Of a DNA stretch of 64,000 nt, positions 42,365-51,223 are shown piece by piece. The position numbers and the translations under genes were made by a program. Below the pieces are notes generated by a model. That model ran no database searches. It saw nothing but the letters and a program-made list of their open reading frames with translations, and had not been told where the DNA came from. Source of the DNA: Candidatus Poribacteria bacterium (lineage in GTDB: Bacteria > Poribacteria > WGA-4E > WGA-3G); contig OY763324.1 in the NCBI GenBank assembly GCA_963667365.1, forward strand, positions 534,433-598,432, given 5' to 3'. The stretch's first letter is position 1; the number at the start of each line of letters is the position of its first letter.

Positions 42365-43183
42365 TGTTTGCTGCCACGTTTGCTTTACATACGTGACCGC
42401 TTTTTCAAACCCTTGCTGTCCTTGGCGACTGGCTTCCTCTATGCTAAGCCAACCGTCGTAATTTGCTTGCCGCATTCGGGAAAAGACTTGGGGGATTGGA
42501 GACGCGCCTGTGCCGACGCGGACAGGTTCAAACGTTCCTGCTTCGTGCATGTCAAAGACATGAAGTACGACAACGCGATCAATCACTTTGTCCAGAAGGC
42601 TGAGTACATCTTCTTTTAGGACAAGAGGGTTTGCTGTGTCAAAGCATACTCCGAGTGGTGTATCCGATAATGCATCAAGGATTTCTAAGAAAATCTCTGA
42701 TGGTTGTGAAAAATCCCAATACTGCCACGGTGCACCTATGGTATGGTTCTCATAAGCGAGTGTGATACCATTTTTCTCGGCTACCTCAAGTGCCTGACGA
42801 AATCCGTCTATAACCCAACGTACCCCAATATCTCGTTTTGTTCCAGGATGATTTTGTCCCGCCGTCACCCGAACAAATTTTGCCCCCAATGCCTTCGCCA
42901 ATTCAATGTCCGATTTCAGGTTCGTTAGTTCTTGTTTACGTTGTGTTTCATCGGGATGTGTGAAGTCAGAATAACAAGCGAGCATACACGCTTCTATACC
43001 GCGTTTGGCAAGGATCGTACGTATTAAGTTCACCGTTTTTGTATTTCGATGTGGTAAAAATTTTATGCTAAAGTCTACTGCATCAAGTCCCAATTTTGCA
43101 CCAAATCGGATCCAATCGGCAACAGTGCTTTTTCCAGTAAAGATGTCATCGTATAGGGAAACAGGTAGGCAGCTTAGTTTCAT
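42353..43183 (-). CDS. Sugar phosphate isomerase/epimerase (TIM barrel)
   Basis: LAYENH, CFDTAN, LHVFD, SIEE; start moved to MKLSCLP. Confidence 0.85.
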   Translation of the reverse strand: MKLSCLPVSLYDDIFTGKSTVADWIRFGAKLGLDAVDFSIKFLPHRNTKTVNLIRTILAKRGIEACMLACYSDFTHPDETQRKQELTNLKSDIELAKALGAKFVRVTAGQNHPGTKRDIGVRWVIDGFRQALEVAEKNGITLAYENHTIGAPWQYWDFSQPSEIFLEILDALSDTPLGVCFDTANPLVLKEDVLSLLDKVIDRVVVLHVFDMHEAGTFEPVRVGTGASPIPQVFSRMRQANYDGWLSIEEASRQGQQGFEKAVTYVKQTWQQTSST

Positions 43184-43364
43184 GGTTATTTTCGTTGTGC
43201 TAAGGTAATTTGTAATGACGGTTATTATAATGAAGTTCGTTAGGATTTTCAAGTATTTTGTTAGTGAGTCAGATTTTGTTAGCAATCCTGTTAAAATTGA
43301 TTGAATCGGCTGGTTAATATATGTTATCATAACCTCATAAGATAATGATATACTGGAGAAAACA

Positions 43365-43658
43365 GTGGAACATCAGAATCAGGAACTTGCTGAAAAGTAT
43401 TTAAACAGTGGATTAGAAAACAGCAAAAAAGGAGAGGTAGAACTTGCTATTGAAGACTATACGAAAGCAATAGAACATAATCCCGATTTTGCTGAGGCAT
43501 ATTATTATCGTGGCGGGTCGTGGTTACGTCTTGAAGAATGGGAAAAAGCCAGATCAGATCTTGAGATTGCCAGAGAAATGAAAATGGATACCATCGTTGC
43601 CTCAGATGAGATACGAAAAAAATATGACCGAGCATGGAAAACCTTAGGAAACATATAA
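43365..43658 (+). CDS. Small TPR protein with antitoxin-like C-terminal helix
   Basis: AIEDYTKAIEHNPDFAEAYYYRG TPR; tail DEIRKKYDRAWKTLGN; overlaps the doc-like gene. Confidence 0.75.
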   Translation: MEHQNQELAEKYLNSGLENSKKGEVELAIEDYTKAIEHNPDFAEAYYYRGGSWLRLEEWEKARSDLEIAREMKMDTIVASDEIRKKYDRAWKTLGNI

Positions 43659-44029
43659 AATATCTGACGATTGAAGATATTCTGGTAGTTGCTGAGGACC
43701 ACGTCGGAAACTTCCAGGTGATTAAGGAAGAGCAGTTACATTATTTGATTGAAGCGGTAGGTGCGAAATTTGGTGATACTGAATTATTTCCGACTCTATT
43801 CCAAAAAGCTGCTGTATATGCACATCATATTGTTTCCGGACACATATTTTTTGATGGAAATAAACGCATCGGCATGCATAGTGCAATTTTATTTTTAGGT
43901 TTGAATGGTTGTAAATTTCAACCCAACATAGATGATTCAATTATTGAACTCGGTCTAAAAATCGCAGATGGTTCCATAACTGATATTGACATAATTGCAA
44001 ATCACATACAGCAATGGGTTTTACCGTAA
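43634..44029 (+). CDS. Doc (death-on-curing) family Fic-fold toxin
   Basis: HIFFDGNKR (Doc-type Lys), LFQKAA, KYLT N-terminus; start uncertain (ATG 43634 or ATA 43655). Confidence 0.88.
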   Translation: MENLRKHIKYLTIEDILVVAEDHVGNFQVIKEEQLHYLIEAVGAKFGDTELFPTLFQKAAVYAHHIVSGHIFFDGNKRIGMHSAILFLGLNGCKFQPNIDDSIIELGLKIADGSITDIDIIANHIQQWVLP

Positions 44030-44068
44030 ACAGACTGGGTTTATTTTTTACATAACACTATCCCACCT

Positions 44069-44401
44069 ATGAATCCATCAGATAAACAGAAATACCTTGA
44101 AATGTGCCAACATCCCGCAATTCAAGCACTTAAGCCAAACACAGAAAATTCTAAAACTCTTTGGATACCAATCGCTGAACAACTACACACACTTTTAAAC
44201 CAGAAGTTACCCTACCCAGAACGTTCCAGTTTTCACCGTACTGCAAACGGATGGGAATACGAAACCTACTTTCAGGAGTGGGCAGCCGACTACGGCACCT
44301 ATATTGATACCCACCGTCAGTTTGTTGGACCTGAGGAAGAGGTTGTGCTAATGCAGGTGTTAATGGCGTTGCTCGGTATTGACGGACGATGGATGGTATG
44401 A
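44069..44401 (+). CDS. Hypothetical protein
   Basis: 110-aa ORF with ATG, same strand as its neighbours, fills the gap. Confidence 0.65.
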   Translation: MNPSDKQKYLEMCQHPAIQALKPNTENSKTLWIPIAEQLHTLLNQKLPYPERSSFHRTANGWEYETYFQEWAADYGTYIDTHRQFVGPEEEVVLMQVLMALLGIDGRWMV

Positions 44402-44426
44402 AAATTCAATACCCTAAGGAGAATGT

Positions 44427-45137
44427 ATGACATTTGGTGTATTATTTACAACGATTCGAGAATACAAACAGGCAGGTATCACTAATCTTGATACTCTCAC
44501 TACTCTTCTCAACGATACTTTCGGAGATTGGTTAATATCTCAAGGGATAAGTCATCTTGAGGTGTTGGAGGAAAGCAGGTTGTGCTTGAATGTGACGGGA
44601 CAACTCAAAGAGCACAATCCTCTAAATGATATACAACTATTTTCACGATTTCTCGTGATTTCGCTTGACGAGGATATAGTAAATCCAGAGACAGTTGAGG
44701 AGGCACTAAAATTCTATTCTTCAGATGGGGACGGTGCTTATGTCTGGGTAATTCCTGATGGTTACATGGCAGGGTTAACTGCATCTGAACAGGAATGGGA
44801 GGAACATGGTGGTGGATACTTTTCACACGAATCTATCTGCATTTCTAATACCGCAGATATTGATACTATATGTCTCTTAGAGGTGCTTTACGAGGACACT
44901 GATATGGATAATGTTTCTTGCGAGTTTGATGTGCCTGCACATAGGTCGGTGCATTATCGGTTGGATAAACTAAAGGACGCGAATGGTGAACCACTGATTG
45001 CTAAAGATGCACCAGTCAGTTACAAAATCACAAGCCGTAATGCACGAATTGTTGTACAAGGTTCACGTATTTTAACAAGCGGAGAGGACAGCATGTTCGC
45101 CAGTTTTGGTACGGTGATGGCGTGGTGTCCACAATAA
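44427..45137 (+). CDS. Unknown N-terminal domain fused to an ASRT (Anabaena sensory rhodopsin transducer)-family domain
   Basis: From aa 107: WVIPDGY...SHESICISN...VPAHRSVHYRL...IVVQGSR matches ASRT motifs WAIAEGY, SHETVCILN, VPARRTKHVRF, IVVQHTR; AGGAG RBS. Confidence 0.8.
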   Translation: MTFGVLFTTIREYKQAGITNLDTLTTLLNDTFGDWLISQGISHLEVLEESRLCLNVTGQLKEHNPLNDIQLFSRFLVISLDEDIVNPETVEEALKFYSSDGDGAYVWVIPDGYMAGLTASEQEWEEHGGGYFSHESICISNTADIDTICLLEVLYEDTDMDNVSCEFDVPAHRSVHYRLDKLKDANGEPLIAKDAPVSYKITSRNARIVVQGSRILTSGEDSMFASFGTVMAWCPQ

Positions 45138-45138
45138 C

Positions 45139-46107
45139 TTAAAGACTTTTCCTGTAAGGTTCCAAATCAATCCCTGGGAATGCTTGTGCCATACGGTCTA
45201 ATGCTTGCGGTGTGTAGTAAGGATCACCAGTGGTAGGCCATCCTAACACATTTCTCACGGTAGGTGTTGTCTGTGTGATAAAATTCATATAGTGTGGACT
45301 TGACCGTGGTATGGGTCGTGTCGTGTTACACCAATCAGCATTGTCGGCACGGTGAAAATGATACCCCATCCAAACCCGTTGTTTGCTTCTGTTCGCAAAA
45401 GGTTGTGCTGCATGGACTATATAACTTGACCGATAGATAGCACTCCCTGCTTTCGCGATGAGAGGAACAGGTTTCGCCAATTCTTTAAATTCACGTAGGT
45501 CCGGAATACCAAGACCACCTGCGCTTCCTGGCTGCTTTTCCCATATTATATCCAGTTGGTCTTGTGAACCAGGACAGATGAGCATCGGTGCCCCGTCCAA
45601 ATCAACATCGTGCAGCATAATGCTGCATAGAATATATCCGTATCGTAGCCAATCGGGATGCGGTGGCAATGCGGAATTCGTCCCGTTGTCAATGTGATAC
45701 CCTTGCCACGGATGTTCACTATACCGCGAATCTGTCAATCCTTCTCTCAGAAAAATTTGCCCGTAACTAATACGAATTTCATCTGTGTCCAACAACTGTT
45801 TCGCAATTGCCGTATAGGTTTCATTCTCAATAAGTTTGTCCACAGGTGCTAATCCTGTTGGAAAGTGCGAGACCTTAGCAAAGGGACCCGCGAGTCGATT
45901 CATTAGATCATTCTTTTCGTAGGCACTTTTCAGTTCGTCCGGTTTTTCATCCCATTTAGCGCGATATTCTTTGTATGTTAATCCATCATAAGCATTTTGT
46001 TCAACCGCTTCCAACGCAGAAGAAACTGCTTCCTCCGAAAATACGTTAGGCACAATGATAATTCCGTCTCGTTTCCAGGTTGCAAGTTGGTTATTTGTCA
46101 GTTTCAT
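45139..46107 (-). CDS. PhyH family dioxygenase with canonical H-x-D...H triad
   Basis: WKRDGIIIVPNV, YHIDN, PMLICPGS, YIVHAA, QR; start moved to MKLT. Confidence 0.85.
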   Translation of the reverse strand: MKLTNNQLATWKRDGIIIVPNVFSEEAVSSALEAVEQNAYDGLTYKEYRAKWDEKPDELKSAYEKNDLMNRLAGPFAKVSHFPTGLAPVDKLIENETYTAIAKQLLDTDEIRISYGQIFLREGLTDSRYSEHPWQGYHIDNGTNSALPPHPDWLRYGYILCSIMLHDVDLDGAPMLICPGSQDQLDIIWEKQPGSAGGLGIPDLREFKELAKPVPLIAKAGSAIYRSSYIVHAAQPFANRSKQRVWMGYHFHRADNADWCNTTRPIPRSSPHYMNFITQTTPTVRNVLGWPTTGDPYYTPQALDRMAQAFPGIDLEPYRKSL

Positions 46108-46111
46108 CTCT

Positions 46112-47149
46112 TCACCTCTTTTGCTGAGAGAACTTTTCCCATTTGTCCTCTTCAACGTTTTCAGTTGTGTCCTGCTGAATTTTCTCCCACCATTCACGAT
46201 TTCCAACGTACCACTGAATCGTTTGTCGCATACCGTTTCCAAAAGGTATTATTGGTTTCCATCCAAGTTCACGGTGAATCTTTCCTGAATCTAAGAGATA
46301 CCTGCAATCATGTCCAGGTCTGTCAGGAACATAAGTCTTTAGGTTTTGAGGTTTTCCAAGCACCTCCAAGATAAAATCGCTTATCTCTTCAATGCTTTTC
46401 TCAACACCACTCCCAATATTATAGGTTTCTCCTATTTTCCCGTTGTGAATAACCGATTCAATTGCGCGGCAGTGATCATCAACATGCAACCATTCTCTGC
46501 GGTTGTGGCTACTTCGGTAGAGTGTCAAAGGTAGATCCTGTAAGGCGTTCGTTGTAAAAAGAGGAATCAGTTTCTCAGGATGCTGATAGGGACCGTAATT
46601 ATTGGAACAGTTGGAAATCGTAATCGGTAATCCGTAACTATGGAAATATGTGTTTACAAGATGGTCAGCGGATGCTTTTGATGCATTATATGGGGTCTGG
46701 GGTCGGTAGGGTGCGGTTTCTGTGAAAGCATGGGGTGAATCTAATGGTAGTTCGCCATATACTTCGCACGTAGAAATATGGTGGAACCGAGGGACTTCGT
46801 AATGTCGTGCAACATCTAATAAAACCTGCGTCCCAATCACATTGGTTTCAAAAAATGCACGCGGATTCAAAATAGCACGACTATTGTGTGATTCTGCTGC
46901 AAAATTGACAATTATCTCAGGTTGATGTGTTTCTATTATTTCTGAAACACATGATACATCAAGAATATCTCCGTGGGCAAATACATACCGGTCAGAATAA
47001 GCCAAAACGATATCTGCCAAGTTGGTAAGATTTCCTGCGTACGTCAGCCTGTCGAGGTTGATTATAACATCATCAAGATTTTCCTTAAGCCAGTATCTGA
47101 TAAAGTTGGTGCCGATGAATCCTGCACCTCCAGTGACCAATAATTTCAT
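46112..47149 (-). CDS. rfbB: dTDP-glucose 4,6-dehydratase
   Basis: VTGGAGFIG, NFAAESH, STCEVYG, YNASK, SNNYGPYQ.PEKLIP, DRPGHD.RY. Confidence 0.92.
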   Translation of the reverse strand: MKLLVTGGAGFIGTNFIRYWLKENLDDVIINLDRLTYAGNLTNLADIVLAYSDRYVFAHGDILDVSCVSEIIETHQPEIIVNFAAESHNSRAILNPRAFFETNVIGTQVLLDVARHYEVPRFHHISTCEVYGELPLDSPHAFTETAPYRPQTPYNASKASADHLVNTYFHSYGLPITISNCSNNYGPYQHPEKLIPLFTTNALQDLPLTLYRSSHNRREWLHVDDHCRAIESVIHNGKIGETYNIGSGVEKSIEEISDFILEVLGKPQNLKTYVPDRPGHDCRYLLDSGKIHRELGWKPIIPFGNGMRQTIQWYVGNREWWEKIQQDTTENVEEDKWEKFSQQKR

Positions 47150-47343
47150 TTATATTCCTAAAAAAGCATGTTTAATCTACTAAGACGCGTAAAATACTTT
47201 CCAGTGTGCTTGACTGACAATATCCTATCAGATACACCTACAGGATGTCAATGTTATTGTGCGTCATGATAGAAAAATATTGTAGACAAAAAAGAGCAAA
47301 TATTGTAATATACACATCAAGTCAACATGGGGAGGGTAAGACG

Positions 47344-48282
47344 ATGCGGCTGCGCAAATTTAGAAAAACAGGATTGACCGTCTCTGAAATCGGTATGGGA
47401 ACCTGGGAACTCGGTGGTCGCGAATGGGGAGACATCGGTGAAAAGGAAGCTGTTGACCTACTTCGGTACGCTTTTGAAAAAGGTGTCACCTATTACGATA
47501 CCGCTGACCAATACGGTGGAGGTCGCGCTGAACGTCTCTTAGGAGAAGCTTTTTCTGCACTCGGTACGAGGGTTCTCATCGCAACAAAACTCGGATATGA
47601 ACTGGACTCGGATGGATGGATTAGTCAAGGTGGTAAGGTTCCAGCATTTAATGCGTCGCGTGACTATATCCGACAAGCAGTAGAAGGAAGTCTCACCCGA
47701 TTGAAAAGGGATGTGATAGACATCTATCAATTCCACACGCCACCTCCTGCTGAAATATGGGATGAAGCGTTCGGTACTATGGAGGAACTTAAATCCGAAG
47801 GAAAGATCCGGTTTTATGGGTTATGCCTTGGAAATGAAGCACAAGCGATTAAAGCGATAGATGAAACAGGTATCACCTCCCTCATGCTTACATACAATAT
47901 CTTGAATCAAGGCATGGCAAAGACTGTGATGGAAACAGCTGCAAAGAAAGGAATCGCTGTCGTAGTCCGTCAACCTTTGTCGTCAGGTTTGCTTTCTGGG
48001 AAACTCAATGCGGACACCGAATTCGCTGAAAACGACTACAGAAAAACGTGGTCCCGTGAGAAATTCTTGGCTGACTTAGAAAAAGTAGATAAGATTAAAG
48101 CAGTAATTAGTGGTAAAGCACGAAGTCTGCCGCAAGCGGCGTTAAAATTTATATTAGCACATCCTGCGGTATGTAGTGTTACACCGGGAATGATGACTCC
48201 CGCGCAAGTTGATGACGGTGTGGCTACCTCTGGTGCTGTCCGTCTTCCATCTCCAATTTTGAAGAAACTGCGTGACAATTAA
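47344..48282 (+). CDS. Aldo/keto reductase
   Basis: GMGTW, YDTADQYG, IATK, SLTRLKRDVIDIYQFH, QPLSSGLLSG. Confidence 0.9.
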   Translation: MRLRKFRKTGLTVSEIGMGTWELGGREWGDIGEKEAVDLLRYAFEKGVTYYDTADQYGGGRAERLLGEAFSALGTRVLIATKLGYELDSDGWISQGGKVPAFNASRDYIRQAVEGSLTRLKRDVIDIYQFHTPPPAEIWDEAFGTMEELKSEGKIRFYGLCLGNEAQAIKAIDETGITSLMLTYNILNQGMAKTVMETAAKKGIAVVVRQPLSSGLLSGKLNADTEFAENDYRKTWSREKFLADLEKVDKIKAVISGKARSLPQAALKFILAHPAVCSVTPGMMTPAQVDDGVATSGAVRLPSPILKKLRDN

Positions 48283-48297
48283 GGATAAGGAAATTGC

Positions 48298-48603
48298 ATG
48301 AAAGTTATTGCAGATCTGTGTGTTGTTCCGATGGGTGTTGGCGTATCTGTGTCAAAATATGTGACTGCATGTGAACAAGTCCTGAAAGCAGCGGGTTTAA
48401 AGACAAAATTGCACGCCTACGGCACAAACATAGAAGGCGACTGGGATGATGTATTCGCAGCGATAAAACGGTGTCATGAGGTGGTGCATGAAATTGGCGC
48501 GCCAAGAATTACCACAACGCTTAAGTTTGGCACTCGGACTGATAAAGCACAAACGATGGAAGATAAAGTTGATAGTGTGCACAAACAGTTGGTAGCAGAA
48601 TAA
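48298..48603 (+). CDS. MTH1187/YkoF family thiamine-binding protein
   Basis: VVPMGVGVSVSKYV, HAYGTNIEG, RTDK..TMEDKV. Confidence 0.9.
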   Translation: MKVIADLCVVPMGVGVSVSKYVTACEQVLKAAGLKTKLHAYGTNIEGDWDDVFAAIKRCHEVVHEIGAPRITTTLKFGTRTDKAQTMEDKVDSVHKQLVAE

Positions 48604-48613
48604 CTAATATTTT

Positions 48614-49217
48614 ATGAAAAAAAATATTGACTTATACAGAAGCGAACCAGGGTGGTGCTAATTCTACTGATATTGATTCACTCGCAGTTGCAAGTAATGA
48701 TGAGGTTACGGAAGCAATGGTTGCTGAGGATGGCGCAACTGAAGGCGATAGCGTCGGCGATTACGATTGGACACTCGCTGAACTCCCAGCTAACGGTGAT
48801 ATTAATGCTATGCTCGTGGAAGCAGGTGTGTTAGAAAACGCCGATCAAAACGATGTTTCGTCTTATGCGGTCATTACCCTCGTCGCGGAAGAAGCCATGG
48901 AAGGTGTCGTGATGGGTGTTAGCAGTGATGATTCCATTAAAGTTTGGCTCAATGGCGAAGTCGTTCATACTAACGCTGTAAACCGTGGTCGTGGTGGTGC
49001 TGGCAGCTTCCAAGATAAGTTCAATGTTGACCTGAAAAAAGGTGATAACTTGTTGATGGTTAAGGTCAGTGAACGCGGCGGTGGATGGGGTATGTATGCT
49101 GGTATCGGTGCCGATGTGGAAACAGCCTACAGACCTGGATCAACTGATGTTGACACTGCTGTTGAAGCTAAGGACAAACTCGTCACAACTTGGGGTAAAC
49201 TCAAAGGTGCTAAGTAA
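48614..49217 (+). pseudogene. Beta-sandwich protein with C-terminal VEAKDKLVTTWGKLK tail; 5' end frameshifted or truncated
   Basis: Long ORF opens only at TTG 48627; ATG 48614 plus an A8 run is one base out of frame; SSDDSIKVWLNG...LKKGDNLLMVKV jelly-roll pattern. Confidence 0.55.
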
Positions 49218-49238
49218 CACCATAAATTTATAACAATA

Positions 49239-49272
49239 AATAAAGGACAGTGGTACACCACTGTCCTTTATT
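49239..49272. terminator. Bidirectional intrinsic terminator
   Basis: aataaaggacagtgg-taca-ccactgtcctttatt perfect 15-bp stem between convergent genes. Confidence 0.85.
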
Positions 49273-49305
49273 ATTTAATTCCTTGGTAAGATATTTCTTT
49301 CCCAA

Positions 49306-50175
49306 CTATTCTTTCAACGATTCCATCAATCCCATAAACACCGGCAGCGATTCCCTAAACCCATCTTCTCGCGTGCCATTTTTTGGGGTGTAAACACTTT
49401 CAAAAGAAATTGTCCCTTGATACCTATCCCTTTTTAACACGTTCATAATATCCGTGTAATATGACACCATCTGTCCTTGTCCCATTGCACAGAAATCAAA
49501 GGTTGCTGCGGGAAGATTGACAATACCGTCCTTGAGATGGATATGCGCGATATGATCACGAATAATTTCATATCCATCAGGATAAGGAGTTTCGGTACAA
49601 TAGAGTGAACTACACGGATCCCATAGCACTCTGAGGTGGTTTGTTCCTAATTCATCAATCAATTTTCGTGCAAGCAAAGCCGATGTAATGTTTGAAGAGA
49701 TCGCAGTCTCAATCACCAATGTAATGTTTGCATCTTCAGCCATTTGTAGCGGTTCTTCTAAACGATTCAAGAGTGTTAACCAAGCTCCCTCAGAAACAAT
49801 TGGTTCCGCACCAAATAACACCATCTCCTTGCTGAAACTGAATATCCGCACCAGATTTGTTCCAAGTGTCTGTGCTATTTCTATACACCGTTGTAATGTG
49901 TTAAGTTGGTCTCGATATTCTTGAGTATCCATTGAAGTGTCAACAGGAATTCCTGCTAAATTGTGATGTGAAATGCACGACACCTTCAAATTCCGTGCTT
50001 GTATAAGACTCTTTACCTGTTCAACATCCGCATCTGTCAACTCCCCTATCTGTTTCTCCCACAGATACTGTAATTCAACATATTCCAATCCGGTTTCGAC
50101 CATAGTATTAAGTGCATACTCGAAATTTCTGCTGATTCCATCTGTTATAATCCCTATTTTCGGTGTATTTACCAT
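49306..50175 (-). CDS. Sugar phosphate isomerase/epimerase (TIM barrel)
   Basis: LVIET, LWDP, IHLKD, SFES. Confidence 0.85.
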   Translation of the reverse strand: MVNTPKIGIITDGISRNFEYALNTMVETGLEYVELQYLWEKQIGELTDADVEQVKSLIQARNLKVSCISHHNLAGIPVDTSMDTQEYRDQLNTLQRCIEIAQTLGTNLVRIFSFSKEMVLFGAEPIVSEGAWLTLLNRLEEPLQMAEDANITLVIETAISSNITSALLARKLIDELGTNHLRVLWDPCSSLYCTETPYPDGYEIIRDHIAHIHLKDGIVNLPAATFDFCAMGQGQMVSYYTDIMNVLKRDRYQGTISFESVYTPKNGTREDGFRESLPVFMGLMESLKE

Positions 50176-50202
50176 TTAACCCCCTATCAACTCTAAGTTC
50201 AA

Positions 50203-51096
50203 TCAGTCCGTTTTTCTTACTTCAATACCTGCGATATTTTCAAGAATTTTGATTATTGTCCAATTATCCTCATCAGGATTTACTGCCTTTCCTGCTTGGA
50301 ATAACTCAAAAGCAGCACTCGCTGCAAACAGAGGCACACCACAATCATTCGCCATACTTTTTGCGAGACTGAGATCTTTATACATTGTTCCGATATTGCT
50401 TTGTCCTTTAAAGTTACGTTCTAATATGTTCTCTGTCGTATCTTTAAATAGAAAATTACCGACAACGCTTGTGCTAACAACCTCACGAAGTGTTTCTGGT
50501 TTTACGCCTGCTTTGACTGCCAGTGTCAGAGATTCAAATATACCTGCATAAGTGGTACCTATCAGGACTGCAAGTGCAGACTTGACGGTTTGTCCCATAC
50601 CGATCTCTTCTCCAACGTGGTAGATATCTCTCCCAACTGCTTTTAGAATTGGCATTGCTTCCTCATATAACTTTTTCTTTGCTGCTACCATCATTGTTAG
50701 TGTGCCTGCGGCTGCACCTGGTGCACCACCACTAACTGGTGAATCAATGATATTAATTCCTTTTGACGCTACCAGTTCGGATACCTCAATCACCTGTGAA
50801 CGTCCAATGGTCGCAGTACAGATAATCGTAGATTCCGACTTTAACCCGTCTAACAAACCGTTTTCAGTGAGCAACACTTCTTTGACCTGATCGACGTTGA
50901 GCACCATAATAAAAACTGTATCAGCAGATTCACCTACCTCTTTTGGGGAGGCTGCGGCATGTGCTCCCAATTGTGCAAGTTCCTCCAATGGTTCCGTTCT
51001 GACATCATATACCGTGAGTTCATGACCGGCTTTCAAGATGTTTTTTGACATACCTGTACCCATATTACCAACGCCAATAAGTCCTATTTTTGCCAT
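50203..51096 (-). CDS. NAD(P)-dependent oxidoreductase (3-hydroxyisobutyrate/tartronate-semialdehyde family)
   Basis: IGVGNMG, DSPVSGG, GTLTMM, conserved Lys (TVKS), MYKDL. Confidence 0.9.
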   Translation of the reverse strand: MAKIGLIGVGNMGTGMSKNILKAGHELTVYDVRTEPLEELAQLGAHAAASPKEVGESADTVFIMVLNVDQVKEVLLTENGLLDGLKSESTIICTATIGRSQVIEVSELVASKGINIIDSPVSGGAPGAAAGTLTMMVAAKKKLYEEAMPILKAVGRDIYHVGEEIGMGQTVKSALAVLIGTTYAGIFESLTLAVKAGVKPETLREVVSTSVVGNFLFKDTTENILERNFKGQSNIGTMYKDLSLAKSMANDCGVPLFAASAAFELFQAGKAVNPDEDNWTIIKILENIAGIEVRKTD

Positions 51097-51156
51097 CGTC
51101 ATCTCCTGAATGTATAATGTATTTATATTCTTGTAACCTTGTCGAATCACAACCCT

Positions 51157-51185
51157 ATTTTATTGTAAAACAAGGAGAAAGTCAA
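51157..51185 (-). promoter_or_regulatory. Sigma70-like promoter TTGACT-N17-TAAAAT
   Basis: Reverse-complement reading upstream of 51096. Confidence 0.55.
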
Positions 51186-51223
51186 GTGTTAGGAGGGTTT
51201 AGAGGTGTATGGAGTATCTGATG

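Noticed and set aside
43184-43330. 49-aa extension of the isomerase ORF
   Set aside because: AT-rich divergent promoter region; family homology starts at MKLSCLP
46108-46242. 45-aa extension of the PhyH ORF
   Set aside because: Overlaps the rfbB end; GAGGTG precedes ATG 46107
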